Of a stretch of DNA of 35,539 nt, positions 10,024 through 19,508 are shown piece after piece. Below the pieces are notes generated by a model. The model had not been told where the DNA came from, ran no database searches, and saw only the letters and a program-made list of their open reading frames with translations. Every line of letters starts with the position of its first letter. Positions within the stretch are counted from its first letter, which is position 1. The DNA is taken from contig JBMTVS010000001.1 in NCBI GenBank assembly GCA_049451655.1, forward strand, positions 1-35,539. The letters are read 5' to 3'. This DNA is from Kiritimatiellia bacterium. GTDB lineage: Bacteria; Verrucomicrobiota; Kiritimatiellia; CAIVKH01. The position numbers were made by a program, and so were the translations under genes.

Positions 10024-11904
10024 CTAGATATCCACGCTCGCCCATGAGTCGGGGGCTTCGCGCTTGAGCCCGACAATCCAGTGCATGATGTCGCGATCGC
10101 CGGGGATGTTTAATTTATATTGCTGGTTAGATCCATCCGGGTTCATCGCAACCATGTAGGAATGGGCAGGATGCTTGAGGTTTAACACGATATGATAATC
10201 GGGCGTTTGGCCAAGTCCCATGAAAGACACGGAAGCAATGCCATCGGGTGATAAGCGGTAGGAGAACGGATACGGCAGTGCGATCTTGTTTTTATTGAAA
10301 GTGGTAAATCTACCCTCCATCAAATTCACATGGGTCATGTTGCCGCGATGGAGAATGGTGTGGGTCATCTTGCCCGATTTGTGCACTGCCACCATGCCGC
10401 TGGCCGGGCCGGATAGTCCGCTGAGGTCGACGCCAAAAAAGTGCGGGGTGAAGATGGCGAACTGCACGCGCTCAACCGGATCCTCGGGTAGGTGTTGATC
10501 TTTATAGGGCACCGGACGGGCGGTGGCATCGATGGCAAACAGGGCAACGTTCTTGACCAGATCCTGAAAGGTTTGGCCCGGCTCTGAACTCATCACGTTC
10601 AGCCGGCACATTTCAAGCAATCCGGCGAGGTAATCGGGGCAAACGGACGGAATCTCAACTTCATGCAGCTTTTCGCCAATCAGTACCTGTCCCTGAATTT
10701 TCTGCGTGGAACTGAAGAATACGTCGTCCATGGCAATTAGACGGCCTTGACCATCAGAGGTGATCAACAAGCGGGAACGGGCGCCATCCCACATGATTGA
10801 TTCAACATTTTCGTGTAGGTCGAAGACTTCCTGCGCCACATTATCCTGGGGATCGATGCGAAAGATCTTTCCCCCCTCGGAGACCACCACGGCGGCACCA
10901 TCGGGCATCGCAGCCACGCCCTCGGGTGATTCGATCGTGGCGTCGGCGTACCACGCCTTGAACACCCGCGAGCGCAGGTCAAAACAGCCGGCATACCCCA
11001 TCACTTCGCTGATGAAATAGGCGTTTTCGCCACGGACGTCGAAGCAGGCACCGGAAAACCCATCGAGTTCCCTGAAAACAGGCATCCACCAGGAGCCTTC
11101 CGGATCGCGGTAAAGGATGGCCCCTGAATAGGTTTCCGCGATGGATCGATCGGCAAGAAAACCTTCGAGATTTGAACCGGCAAGCAGCATGGCGCCGGCG
11201 GGATTGATCGCCACAGACTCCCAGGCATAACCAGGCGCGGGAGCAGGCACCTGTTCAACGAGACCAAAGATCTCGCCATCTTGATGGTATTCGGGCAGCT
11301 CGAAATAAATTACGCGCCCACCGGGTATGTCCTCCACGACATACAGACGACCATTTGTTGAATCGAATGCCAGACCTTCGGGCGAGCGCAAACCGGCGAC
11401 CCGCTTCATGTCGTGCCCGTTGCGCTCGTAAACCGGGGTTTGAGGATCCGCCAGAATCTTTTGCACGCCGTCCAGATCGTAGCGGAGAATCACCGCCCGG
11501 TTTTCCTCGCTTATGAAAATTGTGCCGCTGAGTGGATCTGAAGCGAGACCGTCAGGGCTTTCAAGGTTCTTTAAGAGGGCTTTCATGCGCAAATTCGAGT
11601 CGCGCAAGTCGGGTTGATAGTCGGACGTGAAGGAGGCCATGGCGAAAGAGTCATCCGCCAAAAGGGTAGGCTCATTTACATCCAATTCATCGTCCGACCA
11701 GGGATGAGCAAAAATAGCGGCGACCAACGAAGTGGAGATCAAGGCGAGTAATACCCGAACCCCCTTGATAAATCTCTTGTGCGACCATAATCGACTAATC
11801 AGCGGACGAGTCCGGAAAATGGTTTTTCCATTCCGGCTGCCAACTGCATCAAATATATGGAGCAAGTCGTGTAGCATGGTAATGCGTGGGCAGAACAAAG
11901 GCAC
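10024..11904 (-). CDS. Membrane-anchored beta-propeller repeat protein (NHL/SdiA-regulated-like blades) with unrecognised C-terminal domain
   Basis: N-terminal hydrophobic helix (VRVLLALISTSLVAAIFA). Repeated blade motifs ESPDGLASDP...IFISE, RSPEGLAFDS...LYVVED, ESPEGVAAMPDG...VVSEGG. The last ~230 aa are not recognised. The start is ambiguous: GTG at 11904 or ATG at 11877. Confidence 0.5.
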   Translation of the reverse strand: MPLFCPRITMLHDLLHIFDAVGSRNGKTIFRTRPLISRLWSHKRFIKGVRVLLALISTSLVAAIFAHPWSDDELDVNEPTLLADDSFAMASFTSDYQPDLRDSNLRMKALLKNLESPDGLASDPLSGTIFISEENRAVILRYDLDGVQKILADPQTPVYERNGHDMKRVAGLRSPEGLAFDSTNGRLYVVEDIPGGRVIYFELPEYHQDGEIFGLVEQVPAPAPGYAWESVAINPAGAMLLAGSNLEGFLADRSIAETYSGAILYRDPEGSWWMPVFRELDGFSGACFDVRGENAYFISEVMGYAGCFDLRSRVFKAWYADATIESPEGVAAMPDGAAVVVSEGGKIFRIDPQDNVAQEVFDLHENVESIMWDGARSRLLITSDGQGRLIAMDDVFFSSTQKIQGQVLIGEKLHEVEIPSVCPDYLAGLLEMCRLNVMSSEPGQTFQDLVKNVALFAIDATARPVPYKDQHLPEDPVERVQFAIFTPHFFGVDLSGLSGPASGMVAVHKSGKMTHTILHRGNMTHVNLMEGRFTTFNKNKIALPYPFSYRLSPDGIASVSFMGLGQTPDYHIVLNLKHPAHSYMVAMNPDGSNQQYKLNIPGDRDIMHWIVGLKREAPDSWASVDI

Positions 11905-12155
11905 CCCCGAGCCCGTTCAAACCGTTGAACGTTTGGTCTTGTTGCTTAAACGTTACACGATTTTACTAAAAAGATAAAATTTTGATTCAGTAAAAATGCC
12001 CAATAACGAGGTTTTTTAACCCTAGCCTTGGGGACATAGACGCTATGCTCATGTCGCAAAACCAATAAATGCTGATGGTTTGCGTGATAATTTGCAGTAA
12101 TCATCCCGGTTTGGTGTAAAGATGGGATATTCTATGTCCCCGCCTCGCTGGCGCC

Positions 12156-14696
12156 TTATGGCCAGGCGTGCTTCGGGTATTTACGCTGCAATTCTTGCTT
12201 AACCCGAGGGTAGTGATCGCGCCAGAAGCCGGCGAGATCGCGGGTGATTTGGACGGGACGGTGACTGGGAGCAAGAATATGGATGAGCACCGGGATGCGC
12301 CCATCGGCGATGGTGATCGACTTATCGACGCCGAAGAGCTCCTGGATGCGGAGCGATATAAAGGGGTCCTCGCTCGTGTAGGTAACCTTGGCCTTCCGGC
12401 CATTCGGCAAATTGACACGTTCCGGACAAAATCGATCCAAAAGCTGCTGTTGCTGATAATTCAGCCAGTCCCTTACCACGGGAGCGACTTCCCGCTCCTT
12501 AATGTCCTTGTAGCTAACTGCCCCATAGCAAATCTGGGCGACCATGGTCCGGCGATCCGCCTCGGTAATGGCGGAAATACCCAGTTCCGGACACCACGCG
12601 GCGAGGTTGTTTACCCGCTGAATCCATTGCTCCACCCCATGATCCCAGCGCTTTAGATTGAGTGTCCCTTTAACCACCTCGGCGGCAAGCAACTCCGCGG
12701 CGGCATCCAGCGGCGGGGTATCCAGCCGCTTGCTTTCCAAGACCAGGTCGCGAAAACGAATCTCCTGCTCAGCCTCGACCCGCTTGGACGCCGGATCGTA
12801 AACGACCCCTACCCCCTCGTTAAAATGCCCGGGAAACATCTCCCGCAACCAGGCCGGTTCTACCGCCGTGCACAGACTTAGCAGCACATTGACCTCCCGC
12901 CCCTCGATCTCCTGCACTTCGGCAGCAACCACCAGCGGATGATCTTTGATCACGCTTTCCCGGGCAATCTGCCCGCGCCGGTTGTGCACCATACGCACCC
13001 GAAGCGTTCCTTCGTCGAGGCGGCGGGCAAGGTGATCCGAAAATCCGCTCAATATGCATTTCTGCACCAGCTCGTCATCCACCGGACGCGGCTCGACGGA
13101 TAATCCCTGCTGTTTGGCGATACGCAGAAAATGCTCGAACATGGGCTTCACCTGGCGGGCGGATTGCGCGTGAATGCCCAGTCGTTTGCAGGCATCCAGT
13201 CGATAACCATTCTTGTCGGCATAGTTCCAGGCTCTGACCAGGCGGAAAAAGTCGGATACCGCCGACTCGCCCAGCAAATCATCGCGCTTATCGCCGACCG
13301 ACCCGCCCTGCCTGCGTAATAAAATATCCCGCCCCTGGGTCAGGGCGGCGAGCAGGCAGGCCTGATAAACACAACCATATTCCTGCCCGGCCAACATCAT
13401 GCGCGCGTAACGGGGGTGGACGGGAAATGCCACCATACGCCGCCCAAGACCGGTTATGGCTCCCTCTTCATTCAGCTCTTTGGTCACTTCCAAAGCGCCG
13501 AGGTCGGTCAGTAGTTGCAGCGCTCGCGCGAGGGACTTTTCCTCCGGCGGCTCCATCCAACGGAACGAGCCTACATGCTCGATTCCGGAAGCCTTGAGGG
13601 TAAGCACCACCTCGGCGAGATCGAGTCGGCGAATCTCCGGCAGCTCTTGAGCCGGACGCTCGCGTTGCTCGCGCTCAGTCCAAAGCCTGTAGCATACGCC
13701 CGGAGCGGTGCGTCCGGCTCGCCCCGCCCGCTGATCGGCAGAAGCCCGGCTGATTTTCTCCACCAACAACGTGTTAATCCCGCGGTAGGGATCGTAGCGG
13801 GGAATGCGGGCTAGTCCGGCATCAATAACCAACCTGACACCGTCGATGGTGAGGGAGGTCTCCGCGACGTTGGTCGAGACCACGACCTTTCGTTGATCAT
13901 AACGCGCCACCGCGGCATCTTGATCGCGGGGATTCAGTTCGCCGTGCAATGGAAGAATACGGCATCCGCGCGCGGCGGCCGACTGCTCAAGCGCTTGCAC
14001 GGTCCGGCTGATTTCATAGGCACCTGGCATGAAGATCAGCGCATCGCCCTCCGCCCCGGCGCGAACCAACTCGTCGAAAGCTTCCGCGGCGCGGTCCCAA
14101 ACCGGCAGATCTGACGTCTTGGGTGCATAACGAATATCAACCGGATAGGCGCGGCCTTGCGATTCCAACACCTCGCACGGGTCGAGATAAGCTCGAACCT
14201 GCTCCACCGCAAGGGTGGCGGACATCACGATAATGTTGAGATCAGGCCGGAGACTCGACTGAATTTCCAGCGCGCGGCCGAGGGTGATATCGCCATAAAG
14301 GTGACGTTCATGAAACTCGTCGAACACCAGGGTCGATATGCCTGCCAAAGCAGGATCGGAAAGCATGGAACGAAGCAGTATACCTTCGGTGACGTACTTG
14401 ATACGGGTGGCGGATCCACTCACATTTTCGAGTCGGATCTGGTAACCGACCTCTTCGCCGAGCTTGCCGTTCCGCTCCTCCGCCACGCGCGCCGCCAGCA
14501 TGCGGGTGGCGAGGCGTCGCGGCTGAAGAACCACGACCTGACCATCACCCAACAGGCCGCCATCGAGTAGCATTTGTGGGATCTGAGTGGATTTTCCGGA
14601 ACCGGTGGGGGCCACCACCACCAACCGGCGATGGGCCATCAGCGCGGCGGGAAGCGCAGACTGGAGTTCATAAATCGGTAGCTTGGCGGTGATCAT
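12156..14696 (-). CDS. hrpB: ATP-dependent RNA helicase HrpB (DEAH-box)
   Basis: LPIYE...VVVAPTGSGKSTQIPQMLL (Walker A), DEFHER (DEAH-type motif II), SATL, TNVAETSLTIDGV, QRAGRAGR. At 846 aa with a C-terminal extension, it fits HrpB rather than HrpA. Confidence 0.9.
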   Translation of the reverse strand: MITAKLPIYELQSALPAALMAHRRLVVVAPTGSGKSTQIPQMLLDGGLLGDGQVVVLQPRRLATRMLAARVAEERNGKLGEEVGYQIRLENVSGSATRIKYVTEGILLRSMLSDPALAGISTLVFDEFHERHLYGDITLGRALEIQSSLRPDLNIIVMSATLAVEQVRAYLDPCEVLESQGRAYPVDIRYAPKTSDLPVWDRAAEAFDELVRAGAEGDALIFMPGAYEISRTVQALEQSAAARGCRILPLHGELNPRDQDAAVARYDQRKVVVSTNVAETSLTIDGVRLVIDAGLARIPRYDPYRGINTLLVEKISRASADQRAGRAGRTAPGVCYRLWTEREQRERPAQELPEIRRLDLAEVVLTLKASGIEHVGSFRWMEPPEEKSLARALQLLTDLGALEVTKELNEEGAITGLGRRMVAFPVHPRYARMMLAGQEYGCVYQACLLAALTQGRDILLRRQGGSVGDKRDDLLGESAVSDFFRLVRAWNYADKNGYRLDACKRLGIHAQSARQVKPMFEHFLRIAKQQGLSVEPRPVDDELVQKCILSGFSDHLARRLDEGTLRVRMVHNRRGQIARESVIKDHPLVVAAEVQEIEGREVNVLLSLCTAVEPAWLREMFPGHFNEGVGVVYDPASKRVEAEQEIRFRDLVLESKRLDTPPLDAAAELLAAEVVKGTLNLKRWDHGVEQWIQRVNNLAAWCPELGISAITEADRRTMVAQICYGAVSYKDIKEREVAPVVRDWLNYQQQQLLDRFCPERVNLPNGRKAKVTYTSEDPFISLRIQELFGVDKSITIADGRIPVLIHILAPSHRPVQITRDLAGFWRDHYPRVKQELQRKYPKHAWP

Positions 14697-14786
14697 GTCG
14701 TTGAGGTTGATACTGGAAGGTCGCGCTACGCGGAAGATGAAAAATCAGGCAGACGCTTAATCGGAATTCCGGCGTCGCCCAAATTA

Positions 14787-15656
14787 CTAATGGGTCGACC
14801 CGCTCCACTGAAGCTTGTTACGCAACACGGAGAAATAGTGATAGTGGTCAAGGTGCACAAGGTGGAAGGAACGGGCTGACTTACGAACCGTGATTGTGTC
14901 GCCGCAACCGAGCGCATCTGCGTCCTGACCATCAACCGAGAGTAGCAAATCCTTGCCCGATTGAGCCACGGTGATGCTGATCCGGGCATCTTCGGGCATC
15001 ACCAGCGGCCTCGCGCTCAGGGTGTGCGGACAAATGACATTCATAAGTAATGCATTTGTGTCAGGATGAAGAATGGGCCCCCCGGCAGAAAGCGAATGTC
15101 CGGTAGAGCCGGTAGGCGTGGACACAATAATACCATCGCAGCGATAGGTGGTAACCGCTTCATCGTTGATCGTAACATCAAGTGCTATGATGCGGGTAGA
15201 CTGCCCCCACCCCAGGACGATATCGTTCAAGGCGAATAAACGTCGCGAAGAACCAGTGGTTGGTGTTGCTCGATTCAAGAATGCTTCCAGCATTACGCGC
15301 TTGCTGGTTTGATAGTGGCCTGACACCAATGCCCGCAATCCGGTTTCCAATTGCGCCTCAGTGGCGCTGGTTAAAAATCCCAACCGTCCCAGGTTCACGC
15401 CCAGAACCGGGATCTCCTTGCCTTTCAGCAAGCGGGCCGCCTGAAGCAAGGTTCCATCGCCGCCCAACGTGACCAGCGCCTCAATCCCGCTTTCGAATTG
15501 ATCCTCAGCAACCACGCGCCAACCAGAGGGTACAGGTTCTATGCGCTGACAGGTCGACAACTCAACCCCCAGACGTTCTGCCTCCGCAGAAAGTCGCGGG
15601 AGCAAGTCTGTGACCTGTTCCTTGCCGGTATTCATCAGGATGCCGATGGATTTCAT
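14787..15656 (-). CDS. nadK: NAD+ kinase
   Basis: GGDGTLL motif, NDIV..., STPTGSTGHSLSAGGPI. Typical length of 289 aa. Confidence 0.9.
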   Translation of the reverse strand: MKSIGILMNTGKEQVTDLLPRLSAEAERLGVELSTCQRIEPVPSGWRVVAEDQFESGIEALVTLGGDGTLLQAARLLKGKEIPVLGVNLGRLGFLTSATEAQLETGLRALVSGHYQTSKRVMLEAFLNRATPTTGSSRRLFALNDIVLGWGQSTRIIALDVTINDEAVTTYRCDGIIVSTPTGSTGHSLSAGGPILHPDTNALLMNVICPHTLSARPLVMPEDARISITVAQSGKDLLLSVDGQDADALGCGDTITVRKSARSFHLVHLDHYHYFSVLRNKLQWSGSTH

Positions 15657-15664
15657 GTCGGTGA

Positions 15665-16282
15665 TTAGTTAGCACCAGAATTGGCAAAAGCGCAAGAGCG
15701 CCAAGATTCCGGCGTATTCATGTTATTCAATATCGCCGGGTCATCCACCGGCATGGTTGCCTGGTAAGTTCGCAGCCAGTCATCCAGTCGAAATTCCTCG
15801 CTGGATACCAGTCTCAGTATTTTTTTGGTTAGAGCACTGTGCAACCAGACTAGATGCCCCGGTTTATTTTGAAAGATCGGGCGCAAAGCTCCGGGTAGTG
15901 CCTGCTGCTCCGCCGCCATGAGCAATGAAGCGAGCATTTCCACTCTTATGCCAACAGTATCCACGGGTAGCACGAGCACCCCATACATCTCGCGCATCTC
16001 GCGCAAACCGGTTTGCAACGAACCGAGCCTGCCTTGACGCCAGTGCTCGTTGACTACGACCTCGAAACTCGAGTGCCGCATGGCCGGAATGATGCGGTCG
16101 GCATCGCACCCGCAAACCACCACCACCCTGGATGCGCCGGCCGCGCGAAGCAGCCCGGCCTGATGCGCAGCAAGCGGAAGGCCACCTGGACCCGACAACA
16201 GCGCTTTGGGTTGGCCCATGCGCAGAGAGGCGCCAGCGGCCAGCACGATGCCACCATGTTTATGTTGCAGCTTCACGGTCAT
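15665..16282 (-). CDS. MobA/MocA-like nucleotidyltransferase family protein
   Basis: N-terminal GGIVLAAGASLRMGQPKALL matches the MobA-like NTP-transferase signature. ~200 aa. Specific substrate not assignable. Confidence 0.6.
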   Translation of the reverse strand: MTVKLQHKHGGIVLAAGASLRMGQPKALLSGPGGLPLAAHQAGLLRAAGASRVVVVCGCDADRIIPAMRHSSFEVVVNEHWRQGRLGSLQTGLREMREMYGVLVLPVDTVGIRVEMLASLLMAAEQQALPGALRPIFQNKPGHLVWLHSALTKKILRLVSSEEFRLDDWLRTYQATMPVDDPAILNNMNTPESWRSCAFANSGAN

Positions 16283-16301
16283 GCTTTAGTGTATCTCCGC
16301 C

Positions 16302-16904
16302 ATGAGCAATACGCCAAACCTCAAAAGCGCACGACTTATTCTGGCAAGTGCGTCGCCGCGTCGCCGTGAATTACTCGCTGGTTTAGAGCGGCCTTTCGAG
16401 GTGATCGTTCCGGATATTGATGAAACCCCGCGCCCGCGCGAGGCACCCGCATCCTATGTGTTGCGCATGGCATTCGAAAAAGCGCAGGCCGTGTTCGCTG
16501 GTCTGCAGCCTGATGTGCAGGAACTTTGTTTGATTGCCGCAGACACCACAGTTGTGCTGGGCGATCGCATGTTGGGCAAGCCGGCAGATGTGGATGAAGC
16601 CACCGTAATGCTGCAATCCCTCTCGGGAAACACGCACAACGTCATCACCGGTTTGTGCGTATGGACGAAGGACGAATCAGGCGAGCACATTCGCGGGGAG
16701 GCCGTTAGCACAAGTGTGACCTTCAGAAAAGTCAGCGAGGCGGAAATTCATCACTATGCACATAGTGGTGAACCCATGGACAAGGCGGGCGCCTATGCTA
16801 TCCAGGGCGGCGCGGCTGGCATGGTCGACCATCTTGATGGTTCGTATACAAATGTTGTAGGCCTACCAATGGAAACGCTGATCCGGCTGCTCGGCGAGCG
16901 CTAA
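16302..16904 (+). CDS. maf: Maf-like nucleoside triphosphate pyrophosphatase (septum formation protein Maf)
   Basis: LILASASPRRRELL near the N-terminus, KAGAYAIQG and NVVGLP near the C-terminus. Confidence 0.9.
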   Translation: MSNTPNLKSARLILASASPRRRELLAGLERPFEVIVPDIDETPRPREAPASYVLRMAFEKAQAVFAGLQPDVQELCLIAADTTVVLGDRMLGKPADVDEATVMLQSLSGNTHNVITGLCVWTKDESGEHIRGEAVSTSVTFRKVSEAEIHHYAHSGEPMDKAGAYAIQGGAAGMVDHLDGSYTNVVGLPMETLIRLLGER

Positions 16905-17182
16905 ATCATTTCCACCATGATATCCATCAACACAACTTGCGGGTTCGCGCGAATAAAATCGCTCACATCGGCGATGCGTTGCTCGACGATATGTTTCTCG
17001 GCGGCCACGGTGACGACGGCCAGGCGCGATGACTTCCAGATGTCCTGATGATCTACTTCGGCAATGCTGACGTTCATTTTATTCAGCATGCGATCCTTCA
17101 AACTGCGCAAAACCATGCGTTTTTCCTTCAGCGATGTTGCGTCGGGAATACTGATTTTCGCCTGCAGACAGCCGATGACCAT
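16901..17182 (-). CDS. DUF503 (YlxP-like) family protein
   Basis: 93 aa. IPDATSLKEKRMVLRSLKDRMLNKMNVSIAEVDHQDIW matches the DUF503 pattern. Its stop codon overlaps the maf stop (convergent). Confidence 0.7.
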   Translation of the reverse strand: MVIGCLQAKISIPDATSLKEKRMVLRSLKDRMLNKMNVSIAEVDHQDIWKSSRLAVVTVAAEKHIVEQRIADVSDFIRANPQVVLMDIMVEMI

Positions 17183-17184
17183 AA

Positions 17185-17847
17185 CTAGAAGTGGTAGTGT
17201 AAACCAAACGAGAAGACCGGGTACACGGTGAACAAATCGAGCACATCATTGATATCTGACTGGGTATCCGAGGGCGGGGCGGCGCTATAACCAACACTGT
17301 AATCTTGCAGCAACAGCCCCATATCAAAGGTGAACGTTAAGGCCGCGTCCGGTTGAACCGGATTGGCCCACCCGATACCGATGTAAGGCGCAATACTGTC
17401 GTAGTCGGCTTTACCTCGATATGATCCTCCGGAAATGCCCGCCGAGTGATCATTCAAGCCGGCACCGGCCGCAATGCGAAAACTGCGTTGCTGACCGGGG
17501 TAAAAATCGAGGGTAAGGATGATGCCCGTCCAATCCAAATCCAGCTTGTAGTCGACACCATCAAATGTGTCCTTGTAGGTCAGATCAAACAAATGGAATG
17601 AGCCGCGAACATTGACCCAATCGAACAAATAATAGGTCACTTCGCTACCGTAGCCCAAGGTGCCGATGGTCGCTCCGAGCGAAAGTCCGGTCCATTCAAA
17701 GGCATCAGGGTTTGGCCGTCCATAGGCATCGTAGGCCTGCGGAGCACCACCACTCACAGGTCCAAGCGGCTGTGCTACAACGGGAAAACTAAACATTGTT
17801 ACTACAATAAATGAGGCACAAACAAATAAAGCTGGGCGTGTTTTCAT
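17185..17847 (-). CDS. Outer-membrane beta-barrel protein (OmpA-beta-barrel/OmpW-like porin family)
   Basis: Signal peptide MKTRPALFVCASFIVVTMFSFPVVAQP. Alternating amphipathic strands rich in G/Y/D. Terminal aromatic residue (...GLHYHF) typical of BAM substrates. Confidence 0.7.
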   Translation of the reverse strand: MKTRPALFVCASFIVVTMFSFPVVAQPLGPVSGGAPQAYDAYGRPNPDAFEWTGLSLGATIGTLGYGSEVTYYLFDWVNVRGSFHLFDLTYKDTFDGVDYKLDLDWTGIILTLDFYPGQQRSFRIAAGAGLNDHSAGISGGSYRGKADYDSIAPYIGIGWANPVQPDAALTFTFDMGLLLQDYSVGYSAAPPSDTQSDINDVLDLFTVYPVFSFGLHYHF

Positions 17848-17940
17848 GCCTATACGCTATGCGTTGTGACCGTGCTGGTCAAGATGGAGCGAGGCCAGCG
17901 GGAAGATCGAGACCGGTGAGCCGAAAATCATGCAGGCTCA

Positions 17941-17969
17941 TTGACAAATCCCGGCCTGTTTACTAGGTT
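17941..17969 (+). promoter_or_regulatory. Sigma70-type promoter candidate for the tRNA (TTGACA-N17-TAGGTT)
   Basis: Perfect -35 TTGACA at 17941-17946, 17-nt spacer, -10 TAGGTT at 17964-17969. The mature tRNA 5' end lies 15 nt downstream of the -10. Confidence 0.4.
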
Positions 17970-17984
17970 CCACACTCTTCATTC

Positions 17985-18061
<77 letters not shown>

Positions 18062-18078
18062 TAACCATTTCTCCCTGT

Positions 18079-19491
18079 CTAGTAGGCGTTACTACGGGCA
18101 AAAAATGTCCGGGCTATGATTTTGAAGTCGAGGGAGAGCGACCAGTTCTCCAGGTAGTACAAATCATAGTTCACCCGGTCGCTGATACTGGTATTACCAC
18201 GGAGGCCGTTTACTTGCGCCCATCCCGTGACCCCGGGTCGCGAAAAATGCCGCCACATGTAGCGACTGATATCCTCCTTGAACTGCTCGACGAAATGCGG
18301 ACGCTCCGGTCGAGGCCCGACAAGGCTCATGTCACCTTTCAGCACGTTCCAAAATTGCGGCAACTCGTCGATATTGTGCGCGCGCAGGAACGCTCCGATC
18401 CGGGTGCGGCGCGGATCATTTTCAACGGCCCAAACCGGACCGGTTTTGTCCTCGGCATCGATACGCATGGTGCGCAGCTTGTAGATGTTGAAGCGGCGAC
18501 CCTTTTCACCGCAACGCTCCTGCTTAAAGAAAATTGGACCGGGAGATGTGATCTTGATCAGCAAGGCGGCTACCGCAATGACCGGTGCGGAGAATAAGAG
18601 TCCAGCAGCGCTGCCTACAATGTCCTCCATCCGCTTGGCCACGCGGTTCCAGAATAGATCCAGCGGCCACTTGGCGGTGCCAAGAATAGGGATGCCGTCG
18701 ACATTCTGCACTTCCATGTTAATCGTCAGCAGCCGGAAAAGATCGGGTACGAAATTGAACGCGATCATGGATCGCTCGCATTCCAGGATGATCTCCGCCA
18801 TGCGGTTGTGTGGTAAATTTCCGGGACTGGAAAGAATGACCTGATTGACTTGGCCGCCCTGAATCACACGATTCAAATCATACACCGAACCCTGGATAAG
18901 TTCGCCGGGGATTTCAGGGTCGCTCGTCCCATCACCCATGCTCAAAAAGGCGACTACCCGCGTGCGGAGTCGTGGTTCGTTTTCTAACGCATCACGTAGA
19001 CGTGCCGAGACTGTATCCGCACCAAGGATGACAACATGATTTGAGATGCGCTTACCTCGAGCGAGTAGAATTTCCACCCGGAACAAGATGGCCCGGACGA
19101 TCAACAAGAAAACCGAAATCGTTACAAAAGAAAGGGCGATGGTGGTACGTGACAGCGGGGGGGTTGTGCCAATCGCGAAGGCGAGGGCGGTGGCGAGAAG
19201 TATGCCGAGTCCGGTCGCTCTGATCAGTCGCGGAATGCGTTCGCTGAAGGTGCCGAGCTGAGGTCGTGTGTAAAGTCCCAGGGATTGAAAAATGAAGCAA
19301 AAAAGTAACGTCATCACGATGCCGGCATAAACGTAAAGATCGGCCGGGGGAAGCGTTTCGTCCTTGAGAGGAATCCACCCGCTGTGAAAGCGAATCCAGA
19401 CCGCCAGCTCAAAACCGGTGAAAACCGCGAGGGCATCGCCCGCGAGCCCCAGGAGCCCGCACATCACATCAAATGTGTCGCGTCTTTTCAT
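18079..19491 (-). CDS. Undecaprenyl-phosphate hexose-1-phosphate transferase (WbaP/EpsB-type exopolysaccharide priming glycosyltransferase)
   Basis: Four to five N-terminal TM helices and a central Rossmann-like segment ([13 protein letters not shown]). C-terminal bacterial sugar-transferase domain has motifs [57 protein letters not shown]. Confidence 0.85.
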   Translation of the reverse strand: MKRRDTFDVMCGLLGLAGDALAVFTGFELAVWIRFHSGWIPLKDETLPPADLYVYAGIVMTLLFCFIFQSLGLYTRPQLGTFSERIPRLIRATGLGILLATALAFAIGTTPPLSRTTIALSFVTISVFLLIVRAILFRVEILLARGKRISNHVVILGADTVSARLRDALENEPRLRTRVVAFLSMGDGTSDPEIPGELIQGSVYDLNRVIQGGQVNQVILSSPGNLPHNRMAEIILECERSMIAFNFVPDLFRLLTINMEVQNVDGIPILGTAKWPLDLFWNRVAKRMEDIVGSAAGLLFSAPVIAVAALLIKITSPGPIFFKQERCGEKGRRFNIYKLRTMRIDAEDKTGPVWAVENDPRRTRIGAFLRAHNIDELPQFWNVLKGDMSLVGPRPERPHFVEQFKEDISRYMWRHFSRPGVTGWAQVNGLRGNTSISDRVNYDLYYLENWSLSLDFKIIARTFFARSNAY

Positions 19492-19508
19492 CCAACCTTA
19501 ACAAGGCA

